From: Octopus bimaculoides
Taxonomy: Eukaryota
Length of the DNA stretch: 51,484 nucleotides
Reading direction: 5' to 3'
Assembly: GCF_001194135.2 (NCBI RefSeq)
Contig: NC_068984.1
Coordinates: 7,992,256-8,043,739, forward strand
Below, one piece after another: positions 47,322 through 51,484 of the stretch. The notes below the pieces were generated by a model, which was not told where the DNA came from, made no database searches, and was given only the letters and a program-made list of their open reading frames with translations. Position 1 is the first letter of the stretch; each line of letters begins with the position of its first letter. Both the position numbers and the translations under genes were made by a program.

Positions 47322-48237
47322 AGAATATTACAGCCAAAGAAAATAGGGTTTAGTGTTCGACCTCCGATCCCTGATTGTCAAAGTAATGCATATTAGTTTA
47401 GCAGATGCTGGTTCTCTGGAAGAACTTAACCATTTACCATCATCTTTTATAATCTCCAGCTTTGAAATGAAACAAAGAGATCAGCGGTGATTTGTGAAAA
47501 ATGAAAAGGGGCACAGACACACGCACGTCTATATATAAATGTATATATATATATATATATATACATACAAATGTGTGTATTACATATAACGGCAGCAGAA
47601 AAAAAATCAACTTCTGGCATTGTTAATGTGATCTGGTATATATAATGCAGATTAAAGAAAGCATGGTTCCCTGATTACCCAAATTGATTTAGTATCAAAC
47701 AAAGATGGCATGTATACAACTGATACCATATATATATATATATATATACACGCACCCGCATACATGTGAAGAGCAAGCCCACTAGGCTGTGACTAAGACT
47801 TTGAAACGCTCATTGTCTATCTTTACTTTATCAATTAAATTTTATAAGCATAGTTTTATCTCTTGTAAATATTCTCTCGTCCATTATCAGTCCTAATGAA
47901 GTATTTTGTTTGTACTAACTTCACATACAAAAGGTAGAGGAATCTAAAACTTGGCAGTTTGTCAGGACTTGCCACAGAAGACTACATAGAAATTCTTGAT
48001 TTTTTTTTTTTTTTTTTTTGTATTGTGAATCTGCGTTATGTTGGTGAAATCAACGGCGGTTATGAAGACAAGCCATGTCTTGCTCAATACAGAGATTGAT
48101 AAAAACATCAGATCTGAAAATAAGGGATGATTGGATAAAACAGTAAAATCCTTACTTTCTATTTTTATTTTGCGTGTATGTGTTACGTTGTTGGCTTATA
48201 TACACCAGCATCAATGAATAAAGCACCTGAATCTTTT

Positions 48238-48900
48238 ATCTTATACTTGTTTCAGTCATTTGGTTACGGCCATGCTGGGGCACAGCCTTGAAGAATAAAT
48301 CGATCCTAGTATTTCTTTATATTAAAGCTTGATACATATTCTATCGGTCTCTTTTACCGAACCGCTGAGTTACGGGACCGTAAATGCACCAACAGCGGTT
48401 GTGAAACGATGGTGGGGAACTAACACAGACAGAAAGCCACACTCACACACACGCACACACACACATACACGCACACACACACAGGCACGATCACACACAC
48501 GCACACATATATTTAAGGCGGCGAGCTGGCAGAAACGTTAGCACGCCGGGCGAAATGCTTAGCGGTATTTCGTCTGCCGCTACGTTCAGAGTTCAAATTC
48601 CGCCGAGGTCCACTTTGCCTTTCATCCTTTCGGGGTCGATTAAATAAGTACCAGTTATGCAACTGGGGTCGATATAATCCACTTAATCCGTTTGTCTATC
48701 CTTGTTGGTCCCCTCTGTGTGTAGCCCCTTGTGGGTAGTAAAGAAATAACACATATATGAAGGAATTTTTCAGTTTCTACCAAACCCACTCACAAAGCTC
48801 TGCTCAGCTTGAGGTTATTGTAGAAGATATTCGCCGAAGGTTCCACATGGTTCTGGATTCAGTACCAGCTTCTTACCACAGAGCCACACCTGCGCCTATA
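48238..48900 (-). mobile_element. SINE family A split by a family B insertion
   Basis: Tail 48238-48515, head 48765-48900. Confidence 0.85.
48516..48750 (+). mobile_element. SINE family B, full length, well preserved
   Basis: aaggcggcgagctggcagaaacgttagcacgccgggcgaaatgcttagcgg...gagttcaaattccgccgagg...gtagccccttgtgggtagtaaagaaata. Confidence 0.95.
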
Positions 48901-49104
48901 GAAGACAGTGAAGAAGAAATATCAAAAGAATTAAAATTCGGTTTGAAGAGCAGAAAATCCAGAACAGCTAAGGAACTTTTCGAAAAACAAATAATTCCAA
49001 GAATATAAATAACGAACTCGGCCCAAATTGAAGATCAATAGGAATCCGGAACTCAAAACAAGATATTCGGAAAGACAAAGAAAGTAAAATGCATATAGCC
49101 AATG

Positions 49105-49510
49105 CTCCATACAGTGCTGGAGCATTGCCTGTTAGTCGAACAAATCGACCCCAGGACTTTATTCTTTGTAAGCCTAGTACTTATTCTATCGGTGTCTTTA
49201 GCCGGACCGCTAAGTTACGGGGGTCGTAAACATACCAGTACCGGTATTCAAACAATGGTGGGGGGACAAACACAGATACATAAATACACACACACACACA
49301 AAACACACACACACACACATACATATATAAATACATATATATATATATACATACGACGGGCTTCTATCAGTTTCCGTCCACCAAATCCACTCATAAGGCT
49401 TTGGTCGGCTCGAGACCATAGTAGAAGACACTTGCCCAAGGTGCCAGGCGGTGTGGCTGAACCCAGAACCATGTGGTTGGTAAGCAAGCTACTTACCACA
49501 GAGCCACTGC
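49105..49510 (-). mobile_element. SINE family A, full length
   Basis: Colinear with 15825-16260. Confidence 0.92.
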
Positions 49511-49924
49511 AGCAAATATAATAATCGATGGAAAAGAAAAAAGATAACAGAGCCAGTCACAGCTATAAAATCTATATCTCTCACCAACAACACCAAATTC
49601 GATAAATATCGAGTACAAGTCGAAAGCAGTTCTGTCTTTTCAGAAATCCTTGCACTAACATAATGGTTCTGACAAGGGTCAATGGTCGTAAGCCAAATGT
49701 TTGTGAATAACGCACAACCGACTCATAAATCGAACTAAATCTGAACTAGAAGAAATAACGGGGCAGGAAGAAAATATGAATCAGCAGGATTATCCAGGCA
49801 ACAAACGGGGAATAGTTTGAAAAACGGGGTAGCAACCATAAACGGATTCACATCAGATCCCCTATAAACAAGGATATAGATTCACCCAAACTCATGTATG
49901 ACTTAGATATTACCTAACAGCAGA

Positions 49925-50009
49925 TGTGCCTGTGTGGTAAGAAGTTTGCTTCCCAGCTACATGGTTCGGGGTTCAGTCCCACTGCGTGGTACCTTGGGCA
50001 CGTATCTTT
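49925..50009 (+). mobile_element. SINE family A head, running into a gap
   Basis: gtgcctgtgtggtaagaagtttgcttccca...gggttcagtcccactgcgtggtaccttgggca. Confidence 0.85.
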
Positions 50010-50534
50010 NNNNNNNNNNNNNNNNNNNNNNNNNNNNNNNNNNNNNNNNNNNNNNNNNNNNNNNNNNNNNNNNNNNNNNNNNNNNNNNNNNNNNNNNNNN
50101 NNNNNNNNNNNNNNNNNNNNNNNNNNNNNNNNNNNNNNNNNNNNNNNNNNNNNNNNNNNNNNNNNNNNNNNNNNNNNNNNNNNNNNNNNNNNNNNNNNNN
50201 NNNNNNNNNNNNNNNNNNNNNNNNNNNNNNNNNNNNNNNNNNNNNNNNNNNNNNNNNNNNNNNNNNNNNNNNNNNNNNNNNNNNNNNNNNNNNNNNNNNN
50301 NNNNNNNNNNNNNNNNNNNNNNNNNNNNNNNNNNNNNNNNNNNNNNNNNNNNNNNNNNNNNNNNNNNNNNNNNNNNNNNNNNNNNNNNNNNNNNNNNNNN
50401 NNNNNNNNNNNNNNNNNNNNNNNNNNNNNNNNNNNNNNNNNNNNNNNNNNNNNNNNNNNNNNNNNNNNNNNNNNNNNNNNNNNNNNNNNNNNNNNNNNNN
50501 NNNGTGGGATTTTAAAATTTTGTCTATATTGGTT

Positions 50535-51005
50535 ATCATCATCATCATCATCGTTTAACGTCGGCTTTCCATGCTAGCATGGGTTGGATGATTTGACTGG
50601 GGACTGGCAAACCAGATGGCTACACCAGACTCCAATCTGATCTGGCAGAGTTTCTACAGCTGGATGCCCTTCCTAACGCCAACCACTCCGAGAGTGTAGT
50701 GGGTGCTTTTTACGTGTCACCGGTACGAGGGCCAGTCGGGTGGTACTGGCAACGGCCACACTCAAATGGTGTTTTTTTTTTTATGTGCCACCTGCACAGG
50801 AGTCAGTCCAATGTTTTGTTCACATGCCACCGGCACGAGTGCCAGTAAGGCGAAGCTGGAAACGATCACGCTCAAATGGTGCTACTTACGTGCCACCGGC
50901 ATGGAACAAGACCTCTGCTCTAGCAGTGATTCCGTTCGGATGGTGTTGTTAGCGCTCCATTGGCTCAGGTGCCAGTCATCGAATTTGGTTCAGTTTCGAT
51001 CTCAT
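50535..51005 (-). mobile_element. RTE-type 3' UTR/tail (LINE end or RTE-tailed SINE) with (GAT)n terminus
   Basis: Minus strand ...ggcgttaggaagggcatccagctgtagaaactctgccaga...aacccatgctagcatggaaagccgacgttaaacgatgatgatgat; four GTGCCACCGGCAC-like repeats. Confidence 0.7.
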
Positions 51006-51354
51006 TTGCCCCATATCTTAAATTTATTGCCCCAAAAATTCTCCGCCATAAACGGAGGATTCTATAAAAATATTACTCTACTAATTAAAATATATATGTA
51101 TAAACAAGTAGCATGGGTATAAGTTTAGTAAATGCCTACACACACACACACGATTAAAGAAACCGCAGCTAAAATCCACAGAAATAACTCCAACCAGTCA
51201 ATTTAATACGCGTAACGATAAAAAAATTAGTAACTCAATATAGCTAAGTACTCAAGCACCCGTATTATAGACAAGTATTTCAGAACATTTGTCCTTGGAA
51301 ATCTACTACAATCTCTTCGAGACAACAGCTTTTAGCGATGTAGGATATATGTGT

Positions 51355-51445
51355 GTGCCTGTGTGTGTGTGTCTGTGAGTGTGTGTGTTTATGTGTGCCT
51401 GTTTGTGTGTTTGTTTGTGTGTGTTTGTGTGTGTATGTGTGTGTG

Positions 51446-51484
<39 letters not shown>
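51355..51484. repeat. (TG)n/(TA)n microsatellite
   Basis: Read directly from the sequence. Confidence 0.95.

Overview
AT-rich animal genomic scaffold, about 10% N in many small gaps, most of them bordered by microsatellites. The SINE repertoire and repeat density look like an octopod cephalopod, probably Octopus; this is inferred from pattern recognition, not a database search. One host coding exon is supportable: a 1345-nt minus-strand exon (24660-23316) of a TGF-beta/BMP-family precursor, best matching the BMP9/10 (GDF2/BMP10) subfamily. It ends at a phase-1 GTGAGT donor, and no downstream exon is visible in the remaining 23 kb. The predicted protein is unusual, with a ~210-aa extension before an internal signal or anchor segment and a ~130-aa acidic stretch in the prodomain. 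The rest is mostly repeats: at least four tRNA-type SINE families, CR1, R4/Dong and RTE LINE remnants, Tc1/mariner and pogo-type DNA-transposon derivatives, a Helitron/Helentron-like element and microsatellites. The most striking non-genic signal is a small retroelement family (2960-3260, 11156-11440, fragment 12698-12790). It joins a tRNA-derived Pol III head to a Penelope-type minimal hammerhead ribozyme core (CUGAUGA-stem II-GAAAC-GUU) and carries copy-specific fold-back hairpins at its ends. SINE and transposon boundaries are approximate (about 10-20 nt).
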